A stretch of 64,000 nt of DNA from an uncultured Chloroflexia bacterium (GTDB taxonomy: Bacteria > Chloroflexota > Limnocylindria > Limnocylindrales > CSP1-4). Positions 36,149 to 44,870 of this stretch are shown in pieces. The stretch lies in assembly GCA_963776545.1 (NCBI GenBank), contig CAVZND010000001.1, positions 278,345 through 342,344 on the forward strand, in the 5' to 3' direction. The position numbers and the translations under genes are program-made. Position 1 is the stretch's first letter. Every line of letters starts with the position of its first letter. The notes beneath the pieces were generated by a model, which was given only the letters and a program-made list of their open reading frames with translations, did no database searches and was not told where the DNA came from.

Positions 36149-37156
36149 GTGGATACCATGACGCTCGCGATCGCCGGAGTCGCCGCCCTGGCGATCCTGC
36201 TCATCGCGATCGGCGTCGCCACCTCCGGCGGATCGGGGATCTCCGACCGCCTCGAGCGTTACGCGTCGAACCGCCCGGCCAAGCCCGCCCCGAGCGGCCA
36301 GGGCGCCATCGCCGACATGATCACCCAGAGCGCGACCCTCGCCAGCCTGAACAAGGTCGTCGAGAATCGCGACTTCGGCGCCAATCTCCAGCGGGAGATC
36401 GCCCGCGCCGACCTGAAGCTCAAGCCGTCGGAATACCTGCTCATCTGGATCGGCTGCACCGTCGGTGTGCCGGTCGCGATGCTCCTGCTGTCGGTCTTCC
36501 TGCCGACGCTCGGCAACCCGATCTTCCTGCTGATCGGCGGACTCGTCGGCTTCTTCATCCCGCGCTTCTGGCTCGCTCGTCGGCGGAACGGCCGCCTCGG
36601 CGCCTTCAACAAGCAGCTCCCGGACACGATCACCCTGATCGCGAACGCGCTGCGCGCCGGGTCGTCGTTCCTGCAGGCCATCGAACTGGTCGTGCGCGAG
36701 TCACGCCCGCCGATCTCCACCGAGTTCGGCCGGGTCATCCGCGAGGTCAACCTCGGCCTGCCGTTCGACCAGGCCCTCGAGAACATGGTGCGGCGCGTCC
36801 GATCCGACGACCTGGAACTGATGGCAACGGCCATCTCGATCCAGCACCAGGTCGGCGGCAACCTCGCCGAGATCCTCGACTCCATCGCGTTCACGATCCG
36901 TGAGCGTGTCCGCATCAAGGGCGAGATCCGGACCCTGACGGCGCAGCAGCGCCTGTCCGGCTACGTCGTCGGCTTCCTGCCGATCGGGCTGGCGGGCTTC
37001 CTGTTCATCGCGGCCCCTGACTTCATGTCACCCATGTTCACGAAGCCACCGGAGGTCGTCGGGCTTCCGGGCGGCGTCATCATCCTGCTGCTCGGCGGAT
37101 TCATGATGTTCATCGGCTTCATGATCATCCGCCGCATCGTCGACATCGAGGTCTAG
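36149..37156 (+). CDS. tadB: Tad membrane platform protein TadB (T2SS F-like)
   Basis: QLPD....ANALRAG, GGNLAEILD, IRTLTAQ. Confidence 0.92.
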   Translation: MDTMTLAIAGVAALAILLIAIGVATSGGSGISDRLERYASNRPAKPAPSGQGAIADMITQSATLASLNKVVENRDFGANLQREIARADLKLKPSEYLLIWIGCTVGVPVAMLLLSVFLPTLGNPIFLLIGGLVGFFIPRFWLARRRNGRLGAFNKQLPDTITLIANALRAGSSFLQAIELVVRESRPPISTEFGRVIREVNLGLPFDQALENMVRRVRSDDLELMATAISIQHQVGGNLAEILDSIAFTIRERVRIKGEIRTLTAQQRLSGYVVGFLPIGLAGFLFIAAPDFMSPMFTKPPEVVGLPGGVIILLLGGFMMFIGFMIIRRIVDIEV

Positions 37157-37160
37157 CCCG

Positions 37161-38093
37161 ATGCCCATCCTGCCCATCGTCATCGCGGCCGTCGCGGCCG
37201 GCGCGATCCTGCTCATCTTCATCGGGCTCGCCGGCAACTCGCCGGTCGACCCGGTCCAGGCCCGCCTGACCCAGCTCGGGTCCATGCAGGCCAAGAACCT
37301 CGAGGAGCTGGAGCTCCAGGCCCCGTTCATCGAGCGGACCCTCCGCCCGCTGGCGTCGCGTCTCTCCAACAGCGTGTCGCGGGTCACCAGCACGTCGTTC
37401 TCGGATCGCACCGAGAAACGGCTGGCCCTGGCCGGCAACCCGGGCGACCTTCGCGTCGCCGACTGGCTCGGCATCAAGGCCATCGGCGCCATCGTCGGCG
37501 GCATCCTGTTCTTCCTGCTGTTCGTGGTGCTCGGCGTCCTGAAGTTCCCGGTCCTGATCGGGTTCGTCCTGACGATCGTCGGCGTCGCGTTCGGTTACAC
37601 GATCCCGGAGTTCTGGCTCGGTGGTCGGGTGCGCAAGCGCCAGAAGGCCATCCTGATGATGATCCCGGACTCACTCGACCTCCTGACGATCTCCGTGCGG
37701 GCCGGCCTCGGCTTCGATGCGGCGCTCGGACGCGTCGTCGAGAAGCTCAAGGGCCCGCTGTCCGATGAGTTCCGTCGGGCGCTGGCCGAGGTCCGCGTGG
37801 GCAAGGCGCGGCGCGAAGCCCTTCGGGACATCGTGCCTCGGACCGAGGTCCAGCCGCTGACCAACTTCATCGGCGCGATCATCCAGGCCGAGCAGTTGGG
37901 TGTGTCGATCTCCAAGGTGCTCCAGGTCCAGTCCGAGCAGCTCCGCATCGAGCGGCGCCAGCGGGCTGAGGAGCAGGCGGCGAAGGCGCCGATCAAGATG
38001 CTGTTCCCGCTCGTCGGCTGCATCTTCCCGTCGCTGTTCATCGTCATCCTTGGCCCGGCCATCATCCTCATCATCCAGAACCTGACGATCTGA
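37161..38093 (+). CDS. tadC: Tad membrane platform protein TadC
   Basis: PDSLDLLTISVRAGLGFD, QAEQLG, AEEQAAKAPIKMLFPL..CIFP. Confidence 0.93.
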   Translation: MPILPIVIAAVAAGAILLIFIGLAGNSPVDPVQARLTQLGSMQAKNLEELELQAPFIERTLRPLASRLSNSVSRVTSTSFSDRTEKRLALAGNPGDLRVADWLGIKAIGAIVGGILFFLLFVVLGVLKFPVLIGFVLTIVGVAFGYTIPEFWLGGRVRKRQKAILMMIPDSLDLLTISVRAGLGFDAALGRVVEKLKGPLSDEFRRALAEVRVGKARREALRDIVPRTEVQPLTNFIGAIIQAEQLGVSISKVLQVQSEQLRIERRQRAEEQAAKAPIKMLFPLVGCIFPSLFIVILGPAIILIIQNLTI

Positions 38094-38509
38094 CCACGGA
38101 CACCACACCGGACGCCCGGGCGACCGCGCTGGTCGCCCGGAACGTCACGCGCGGGACCGTGCTGGCCGACCAGGTCGAGGTCGCCGCGAGTCTCTGGGGC
38201 AAGTTCATGGGCCTGATGGGGCGCGCCGCGCTGGCGCCCGATGCCGGCCTCTGGCTGCCCGACAGCAACGGCATCCACATGATGTTCATGCGGTTCCAGA
38301 TCGACGCGGTGTTCCTCGATCGACCCGACCCTGCCGACGGCACGGCTCGCCGCGTCGTCTCCGTCCATCGCTCCCTCCGGACATGGACCGGGATGGTGCC
38401 ACTGGTCCGTGGCGCTCACGGCGTCCTCGAGCTACCGGTCGGCGCGATCGAGCGCACCGGCACGCTCGTCGGGGACGTGATCGCCCTGGAGAGCCCGACG
38501 CCCGACTGA
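38090..38509 (+). CDS. DUF192 family protein; start uncertain
   Basis: GLMGR, IHMMFMRFQIDAVFLD, VLELPVG; frame and expected N-terminus (RNVTRGTVLA) extend upstream of GTG 38159 to CTG 38090. Confidence 0.8.
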   Translation: MTTDTTPDARATALVARNVTRGTVLADQVEVAASLWGKFMGLMGRAALAPDAGLWLPDSNGIHMMFMRFQIDAVFLDRPDPADGTARRVVSVHRSLRTWTGMVPLVRGAHGVLELPVGAIERTGTLVGDVIALESPTPD

Positions 38510-38606
38510 CCGCGTAGCCCTCGACCCGTTGCTTGCGCCGCGTTCATCGCCTCGTATCCAGTCATCAGGCGACTGGTAAGTGATCAGAGCGGACGGGGAA
38601 CCGCCG

Positions 38607-39356
38607 TCATCGTTCCGTCAAGTCGTCAGGCGCTTCGGACGGAGCCTCTGTGGCGGTTCGAACCCTGAAGACGCGCTTACCAGTCGTCTCACGGCTATTC
38701 GAGAGGAACCACACACCAGCGATGGCACCGATCGGCGCCCGGAGCCAGGCGCGGATGGCAGCCGCCCGAGCCGGAAACGACACGTCGAACACCGATCGGT
38801 GGCGCTCGACGATCGCGCGGTTCGCTGTGGTCCCAGGGATCACCAGGATCCTCCCGACGTCGACCGCGTCCCATCCGCGATCCGCTCGAACCGATCCCGG
38901 GACCACGCGAAGCTTCCGCCCGAACGACGACAGGAATGCCTGCAGGTCGGTCAGCCGCGTCTTCACCTCCACGATGAGGAGGGCCCGGTGTGCCGCGTGA
39001 TAGGCGAGGACATCGACCGAACCTCGCTCCCCGTAGTGGTTGAACGTGTACTCGACCACGATCTCCCAGCCCTCCGCCTTGAGCCTGGTCACGACCAGCT
39101 CTACGAGCCGTGCGTGGTCGCGATCGACGAGTCGGTCGACGTCACCTGCACGTCCGCGAAGCTCGATCCGCAGGTCGAGCTCGAGCGCCGAGGCGATCCG
39201 CTCGAGAGTTGCGATCGTCACGCCGTCGACCCGACCCCGTTCGACGCGCGAGACGACCGACTGGCCGACCTTCGCGAGCCGACCCACGTCACGCTGGCGC
39301 AGTCGTTTGTCTTGTCTGACCGCCAGGACGATCCGACCGACACGAATCCCGTCCAT
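38607..39356 (-). CDS. XRE-type HTH fused to a PD-(D/E)XK nuclease-like domain
   Basis: LRQRDVGRLAKVGQSVVSRVERG HTH; EYTF, GSVDVLA, IVEVKT. Confidence 0.7.
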   Translation of the reverse strand: MDGIRVGRIVLAVRQDKRLRQRDVGRLAKVGQSVVSRVERGRVDGVTIATLERIASALELDLRIELRGRAGDVDRLVDRDHARLVELVVTRLKAEGWEIVVEYTFNHYGERGSVDVLAYHAAHRALLIVEVKTRLTDLQAFLSSFGRKLRVVPGSVRADRGWDAVDVGRILVIPGTTANRAIVERHRSVFDVSFPARAAAIRAWLRAPIGAIAGVWFLSNSRETTGKRVFRVRTATEAPSEAPDDLTER

Positions 39357-39446
39357 GATCCGGCGACGATGACGTGACGCCCTTACCGATGGCTTACGTA
39401 CGCGGCGCATAAGCCGCCGTGCAGCCTCGCGGGCGATGATTGGCGC

Positions 39447-40124
39447 ATGTCGGTCATCGGGCAGGTCGCTGCACGCGCGCTCGATCTCGCCTTCCCGGCA
39501 TCCTGCGCGGGCTGCGGGCGCGAGGGCGAGCCCATCTGCGCGGCGTGCGCCCCGGAACTTGACGTCCGCCTCGACCTGGCGGCCGGCGTGCCGATCGGCT
39601 TGACGGCCGAGCTGCCGGACGGGCTCCTCCAGGTCGAGTGGTGCGCGCCGTTCAGCGGTGTGGTCCGCGACGCGCTCCATCAGCTCAAGTACGGCGGTGA
39701 ACGACGACTGGCCGGCCCGCTCGGGGGCGCGGTCGCCCGGCGCTGGTCGAGGGCCGGGGCCGGCGGGGACCTCCTTGTGCCGGTGCCGGTGCACCGCGAT
39801 CGGGCGGCCCAACGAGGCTACGACCAGGCGGTCCTGCTGTCCCGGGCGGTCGGCGCGTCGCTCGGGCGGCCCGTCGTCGAGGCGCTCGAGCGACGGACGG
39901 CGACGACGGCCCAGTTCCAGCTCGACCGAGGGGCCCGCGCCGCCAACGTCGCCGGTGCGTTCCGCCTCCGTTCGGATCGCATCGCCGCCTCGATCCGCGG
40001 TCGCTGGGTCGTCCTCGTCGACGACGTCATGACCACCGGCGCCACGCTCTCGGCCTGTGCGGCGGCACTCCTCGAGGGTGGCGCCGAGGCGGTTTCGGCG
40101 GTCACGGTCGCCCGGGAACGATGA
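39447..40124 (+). CDS. comF: ComF family protein (double zinc ribbon + phosphoribosyltransferase fold)
   Basis: FPASCAGC..ICAAC, LKYG, VPVPVH, RGYDQA, LVDDVMTTGAT. Confidence 0.92.
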   Translation: MSVIGQVAARALDLAFPASCAGCGREGEPICAACAPELDVRLDLAAGVPIGLTAELPDGLLQVEWCAPFSGVVRDALHQLKYGGERRLAGPLGGAVARRWSRAGAGGDLLVPVPVHRDRAAQRGYDQAVLLSRAVGASLGRPVVEALERRTATTAQFQLDRGARAANVAGAFRLRSDRIAASIRGRWVVLVDDVMTTGATLSACAAALLEGGAEAVSAVTVARER

Positions 40125-40167
40125 AGGTCGGTGCGGCCTGCGGCCGGGGCCGCGGAACCGGGCGGAC

Positions 40168-40173
40168 TATACT
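40168..40173 (+). promoter_or_regulatory. Putative -10 box TATACT for hpf
   Basis: Near-consensus; followed by a short leader with GGGAGGTG SD. Confidence 0.55.
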
Positions 40174-40206
40174 CAGGCTCTGCACGCGGCCCTCGGGAGG
40201 TGACGA

Positions 40207-40800
40207 ATGCGAACCATCGTCAAGGGCAAGAACGTCGAGGTTCCCGAGCGCGTTCGCGCGTACGCCGAGCGCAAGCTCGGGCACATCGCCCGGATCGTCG
40301 ACGACCGGACGGACGCCATCGTCGAGCTCTCCAACGAGCACCATCGCAGTGCCGCCGATGCCCACATCGTCGAGGTCGCCCTGGTCGTGAACGGGCAGAC
40401 GATGCACAGTCGCGCGACGGGTTCGAGCTACCAGGCCGCGCTCGACACCGTGGTCGACAAGGTCGAGCGGAAGGCCGTGTCACACAAGGAACGACCACGC
40501 GTGCGCGCCCGCCCGACCCAGGAGAAGGCGATCCTTCGCCGGGTCGCCGACGGCACGGTCGAGACCACGCCCGTCTCGCGCGTCGTCAAGAGCAAGCGCT
40601 TCGCGATCGAGCCGATGTTCGAGGAGGACGCCATCACCGCGATGGAGGAGCTCGGCCATCGCTTCTTCGTCTTCGTCAACGCCGAGAACGAGCGCGTCGC
40701 GATCCTCTATGCCCGCGACGACGGCGGCTACGGCCTCATCGAGCCGATCGTCGGTGGGGACTACACCGGTGGCCAGGGTCGGGCCAACGGCCGTCACTGA
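40207..40800 (+). CDS. hpf: Ribosome hibernation promoting factor, long form (RaiA/HPF)
   Basis: VKGKNVEV...YAERKL; C-terminal S30AE domain KRF..EPM..EDAI..MEELGH.FFVF. Confidence 0.92.
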   Translation: MRTIVKGKNVEVPERVRAYAERKLGHIARIVDDRTDAIVELSNEHHRSAADAHIVEVALVVNGQTMHSRATGSSYQAALDTVVDKVERKAVSHKERPRVRARPTQEKAILRRVADGTVETTPVSRVVKSKRFAIEPMFEEDAITAMEELGHRFFVFVNAENERVAILYARDDGGYGLIEPIVGGDYTGGQGRANGRH

Positions 40801-41387
40801 GGACGGTCGGTCGTCGCCTCCGGAACCCGATATTCGCCGGCCGCCCGCGTCAGCAGTCCGGCGTCGACCATGTATCGACGGAGCGACGCGACGTCCGGGT
40901 GGAAGATCGCCAGGCGCTGATTGACCTCCTTCTCCGGGTACGGGCGATCCTCGGTGAAGCAGCGGTCCCGCAGGTAGCGGAGGACGACGATCCGCTTGGA
41001 CTCCGTGGCGGGGATCGTCGTGAGTCGGTCGGCCTCGAAGAAGCTGCGCAGCACGCGCGCGACGTCGGCCGGCAGGGCCTCGCCCGCCGGCCCGACCCCC
41101 GGACCCGCGTCCGCGCGCGCGTCGGGTTCGAGGGCGGCCAGCTGTCGGCCCAGCGCTCCGATGGCCTCCGGCCGGAGGGCGTGCCGGGCACCTTGAGCCT
41201 CGTTGGTCGTCGCGACCAGGCCGGCGTCCACCAGCTTGGCCAGCTGGCGCCTGACCGTCGCTGCGGACAGGCCGAGGTCCGCGGCCAGGACCGACTCGGT
41301 CGCCGGCTCACCGGCCAGGCGACCGGCCAGTCGTAGCCGGGTCGGGTCGGCGAGGGCCCGGAGCGCGGTCAGCACGTCGTGGTCCAT
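40794..41387 (-). CDS. ArsR-type HTH fused to DUF2087
   Basis: LRALADPTRLRL; YPEKEVNQRL..FHPDVASLRRYMVD. Confidence 0.85.
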   Translation of the reverse strand: MDHDVLTALRALADPTRLRLAGRLAGEPATESVLAADLGLSAATVRRQLAKLVDAGLVATTNEAQGARHALRPEAIGALGRQLAALEPDARADAGPGVGPAGEALPADVARVLRSFFEADRLTTIPATESKRIVVLRYLRDRCFTEDRPYPEKEVNQRLAIFHPDVASLRRYMVDAGLLTRAAGEYRVPEATTDRPQ

Positions 41388-41392
41388 GGCGC

Positions 41393-41410
41393 GCGCATCG
41401 TACGATGCGC
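41393..41410. promoter_or_regulatory. Perfect 18-bp palindrome giving a TACGAT -10 box on both strands
   Basis: GCGCATCGTACGATGCGC in the 25-nt gap between divergent start codons. Confidence 0.65.
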
Positions 41411-41412
41411 CC

Positions 41413-42387
41413 GTGCTTCCAGATGGCCGACGCCTCGGTGCCCACCTGCCCCTGGTGAACGGCATGGCGAAGGCCGTCGAGCGCGCCCACGTCATCGGTG
41501 CCTCGGCCCTGCAGATCTTCGGCGACAACCCGACCGCCTGGCGTCGCCGCGCCGAGCCGCCGGCCGAGTTGCCCGCCTTCCGCGAGCGGCTCCTGGCCAT
41601 GGACATAGGACCCGTGGCCATCCACGCGTCCTATCTCATCAACCTCGCCGGCCCGGAGCCGGACTTTCGCGAGCGGTCGATCGGCCTGCTGGTGCACGAG
41701 CTCCGAGCCGCGCCCGCGTTCGAGGCGCGGTTCGTCAACGTCCACATCGGATCCCACCGCGACACGTCCATCCATGCGGGCACCACCCGGCTGGCGGACG
41801 GAGTCGCCCAGGTCCTCGCGGAGGTCGACGACACGCCCGACGCCGCGCGGCTCGTGCTCGAGAACTCGTCCGGCAGCGGGTTCGGGCTCGGGACGAGCGT
41901 GGCCGAGCTCGCCGACATCGCGGAGGCGATCGCCGCGCGCGGGATCGCCGCCGGCCGGATCGCCTTCTGCCTCGATACCGCCCACGCCTGGGGCGCGGGC
42001 GTCGACCTATCGAGGCCGGACGCGGTCGACGCGTTCCTGGCAGACTTCGACGGGCGCATCGGGCTCGACCGCCTGGTCATGGTCCATCTCAACGACTCGA
42101 AGTCGGAGCGTGGCTCCCATGCCGACCGCCACGAGCACCTCGGAGCCGGCCGGATCGAGGCCCCGGGCCTCGCGAGGGTGCTGACCCACCCGGATCTCCG
42201 CCGGGCGACGTACTACCTCGAGACGCCCGGCATGGACGAGGGCTACGACGCGGTCAACGTGGCCCGTGCGTACGACCTGGCGGCCGGCCGCCCGCTCGCG
42301 GACCTCCCGCCCGAGGCGCTGACGATGCGCGGCAGCCGCGCCCGGACCGGACCGCCCGATCACGCGCCAACCGAGCTCGCGTCATGA
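41413..42387 (+). CDS. nfo: Endonuclease IV (AP endonuclease 2)
   Basis: LGAH, LQIF..NP, HASYLINL, HIGS, LENSSG, CLDTAH, HLNDSK, DRHEHLG, LETP. Confidence 0.93.
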   Translation: MLPDGRRLGAHLPLVNGMAKAVERAHVIGASALQIFGDNPTAWRRRAEPPAELPAFRERLLAMDIGPVAIHASYLINLAGPEPDFRERSIGLLVHELRAAPAFEARFVNVHIGSHRDTSIHAGTTRLADGVAQVLAEVDDTPDAARLVLENSSGSGFGLGTSVAELADIAEAIAARGIAAGRIAFCLDTAHAWGAGVDLSRPDAVDAFLADFDGRIGLDRLVMVHLNDSKSERGSHADRHEHLGAGRIEAPGLARVLTHPDLRRATYYLETPGMDEGYDAVNVARAYDLAAGRPLADLPPEALTMRGSRARTGPPDHAPTELAS

Positions 42388-43979
42388 CCCCGGCGCCGTC
42401 GCGTCCGCGCGACGCCATGGTCCGGGGCGTGACCGCGTTGCTCATCCTGCTGGGCATCGCGGCCCTGCTTCGTCTGCCGGACCTGGCGACGCGCGGCACC
42501 TGGGACGCGGACCAGGGCCACGACATGCTGGTCCTGCGGGCCCTCGTCCGGGACGGGGTCGTGCCGCTCCTCGGTCCGCCGACGTCGATCGGCGACTTCC
42601 ACCACGGCGCGCTCTACTACTACCTGCTCGCACCGTCCGCCGCCCTCACCGGCGGCGATTCGCCGCTCGCCGTGACCCTCGAGATCGCCCTGTTCGGGAT
42701 CGCGGCAGTCGGCGTCACCTGGTGGCTCGCCCGATCCATCGGCGGGCCGGTCGCCGGGTTCGTGGCGGGCCTCGCGATGGCGGTCTCGGCGTCCGCGGTC
42801 GAGGAATCGACCTTCATCTGGAACCCGAACCTCATCGCACTGTCGAGCGCGATCGCCCTGGCCGGCGCGTGGCGGGCCTGGTCGAGCGGGCGAGCGCGTT
42901 GGTGGCTCCTGGCCGCGGTCGGCACGGCGGTCACGATGCAATGCCACGTCCTTGGTGTGACCATGCTTCCGATCAGCGGCGCGCTGCTCGTCGCCGACGC
43001 CCGGCGCCGGGCGCCAGGGCCTGACCGTCAGGCGGTCGTTCGGGCGGGTCTTGCCGGTCTGGCGATCATCGCGCTGACCTACGTCCCGCTGGTCGTCCAC
43101 GAGCTCACGACCGACTTCGCCGAGGTCCGGGCGGCGCTCGACTACCTGCAGGCCGGCGGGGACCCGGCCGCATCACCCCTTGTGACCCGCGTCCTCGTGG
43201 TGTTCATCCGCGTCGTCTCGTGGCCATTGACCGGGTTGATCACGAATTCGCTGGCGGCCGCGGTCGCGGCGCTGGCGGTGGTCATCGGCATCGTCATCTG
43301 GCGCTGGCGCAGCCCCGACGCCGACGAGCGGACGGCGGTCCGCTGGCTGGGCCTCGGGCTGCTCTGGACGGCGAGCTTCCTGACCGTCGCTGCGGCGAGT
43401 CTCGCGGTCGTGGTTCCGGGTCTCCCCAACGACCACTACCACGCGTTCGCGGATCCGATGGTCTTCGTGCTGGCCGGGCTCGGGGCGGCGGCGGCCTGGC
43501 GGACCTGGCGCGAGTCGCCCGACCGGCGACCGGCGGCGGTGCCGATCGTCGTCGCGGGCGTCGTCGGCGTGGCCTTCGTCGCCTGGAATCTCGCCCACCT
43601 CCCACCATCGGTCGCACCCGACGGCGGGTTTCCCGCGGCCGCCGCCGCGGCCACGCGCATCCAGGCGGCCACGGACGAGCGAGCCATGGCCATCCGCTCG
43701 CTGCCGACCTTCAAGCCGGCCGACACGTATGGCTATCCGCTGACCCGCGATGGCGTCCGGATCGTCCCCGAGGACGAGACCGACACGCTCGTGATCGTAT
43801 GCGACGCGCTCTTCGAGACGGCGATCGGCTCGCCGTGCGGGGGCCCGGCGGAAGACGCGATGCTCCGGTCGGACCCGTTCCCCGCGACGGGGACGGGCGG
43901 CACCGGTGAGGCGCCCTTGATGCGCGACCGGTTCGAGGCCGCGCCTGGTCGGTTCGTGACGGTCTACGGTCGGCCCTGA
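42384..43979 (+). CDS. GT39/ArnT-like (GT-C) membrane glycosyltransferase
   Basis: WDADQGHD, PLLGPPTS, GALYYYL, FIWNPN; ATGA overlap with nfo. Confidence 0.7.
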   Translation: MTPAPSRPRDAMVRGVTALLILLGIAALLRLPDLATRGTWDADQGHDMLVLRALVRDGVVPLLGPPTSIGDFHHGALYYYLLAPSAALTGGDSPLAVTLEIALFGIAAVGVTWWLARSIGGPVAGFVAGLAMAVSASAVEESTFIWNPNLIALSSAIALAGAWRAWSSGRARWWLLAAVGTAVTMQCHVLGVTMLPISGALLVADARRRAPGPDRQAVVRAGLAGLAIIALTYVPLVVHELTTDFAEVRAALDYLQAGGDPAASPLVTRVLVVFIRVVSWPLTGLITNSLAAAVAALAVVIGIVIWRWRSPDADERTAVRWLGLGLLWTASFLTVAAASLAVVVPGLPNDHYHAFADPMVFVLAGLGAAAAWRTWRESPDRRPAAVPIVVAGVVGVAFVAWNLAHLPPSVAPDGGFPAAAAAATRIQAATDERAMAIRSLPTFKPADTYGYPLTRDGVRIVPEDETDTLVIVCDALFETAIGSPCGGPAEDAMLRSDPFPATGTGGTGEAPLMRDRFEAAPGRFVTVYGRP

Positions 43980-43991
43980 CGCTGGAACCGG

Positions 43992-44029
43992 AAAAGCGAA
44001 CGCCGGCGCCCCAGACGCCGGCGTTCGCT
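43992..44029 (-). terminator. Intrinsic terminator between convergent genes
   Basis: AGCGAACGCCGGCG/CGCCGGCGTTCGCT stem; the A-tract gives a U-tail on the minus strand. Confidence 0.75.
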
Positions 44030-44082
44030 GTCCCCGAGACCCGGACGGTGGAGGGCGGTCCGGGTCGTGCCCTGGTGGATTC

Positions 44083-44622
44083 TCAGTAACGGCCCCGCTC
44101 GGGCCCCGCGCTCCGCGTGACCGGTCGAACGGATCCGATGCCCACACCGACCGGCGTCGAGCTCCCCCCGGCACCCATCGGTCGGCCGGGCGCGGCTGGA
44201 CGACCCAGGGTGCGCTCGTTCGATCGATCGGCGTTGCCCGAGGCCGACTCCGTCGGCTGGAACGGACGGCCGTAGCGACGCATCCGCACGGCCAGGTAGT
44301 ACTCCATGATCTGGCGGACCTGCGGCTCGGTGAGGAGCTCGTCCGCGCGAAGCGAGTACTCGACGCGGGCGGTCGGGTTCATCGAGCCCGAGGCCACCAG
44401 GCCGAGGTATTGAGGCGTGTCAGCGTCGTCGCGCAGCTCGCGCAGGCCCCGCGCCAGTTTCGTGGCGGTGCCGAGCGACGGCATGCGGTCCCCGCGGATG
44501 AGTCGGGAGATCGTCGAGTGGTCGACGCCCGACTGCTGGGCGAGTTGCCGCTGGGACATCTTCTTGGCCTTGAGCTGGGCTCTCAACCATTCGTTGAAGG
44601 CTCGGCCGTTTTGGGTCGTCAT
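44083..44622 (-). CDS. XRE family transcriptional regulator
   Basis: MSQRQLAQQSGVDHSTISRLIRGDRMPS. Confidence 0.85.
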   Translation of the reverse strand: MTTQNGRAFNEWLRAQLKAKKMSQRQLAQQSGVDHSTISRLIRGDRMPSLGTATKLARGLRELRDDADTPQYLGLVASGSMNPTARVEYSLRADELLTEPQVRQIMEYYLAVRMRRYGRPFQPTESASGNADRSNERTLGRPAAPGRPMGAGGSSTPVGVGIGSVRPVTRSAGPERGRY

Positions 44623-44870
44623 GTCAGAGAGGGCGCTCCGTCCGGGTCGGCCCGCGGCCGATGCCGCGATACCCCAACTATCGAGTCAGCCCAAGGGGTC
44701 CTGTATCCCCCGTTGGTACCGCTTGCACGCTTGCACCACCCCTCTGCGACCGGGTGAGTTCGGTGCGGTCAGGCCGGGAGAGGGGCGAAGCGGATCGGGG
44801 TGTCCCCCCGGACGAAGGTACGTCTCCTATCGACGAGCGGTTCACCGCCCGGACCGGGTGCTCCGTGCGT

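Noticed and set aside
41379-42383. 866-aa ORF suggesting a fused or overlapping protein over nfo
   Set aside because: The N-terminal third is an alternate-frame shadow of nfo; the real gene starts at ATG 42384 in an ATGA overlap.
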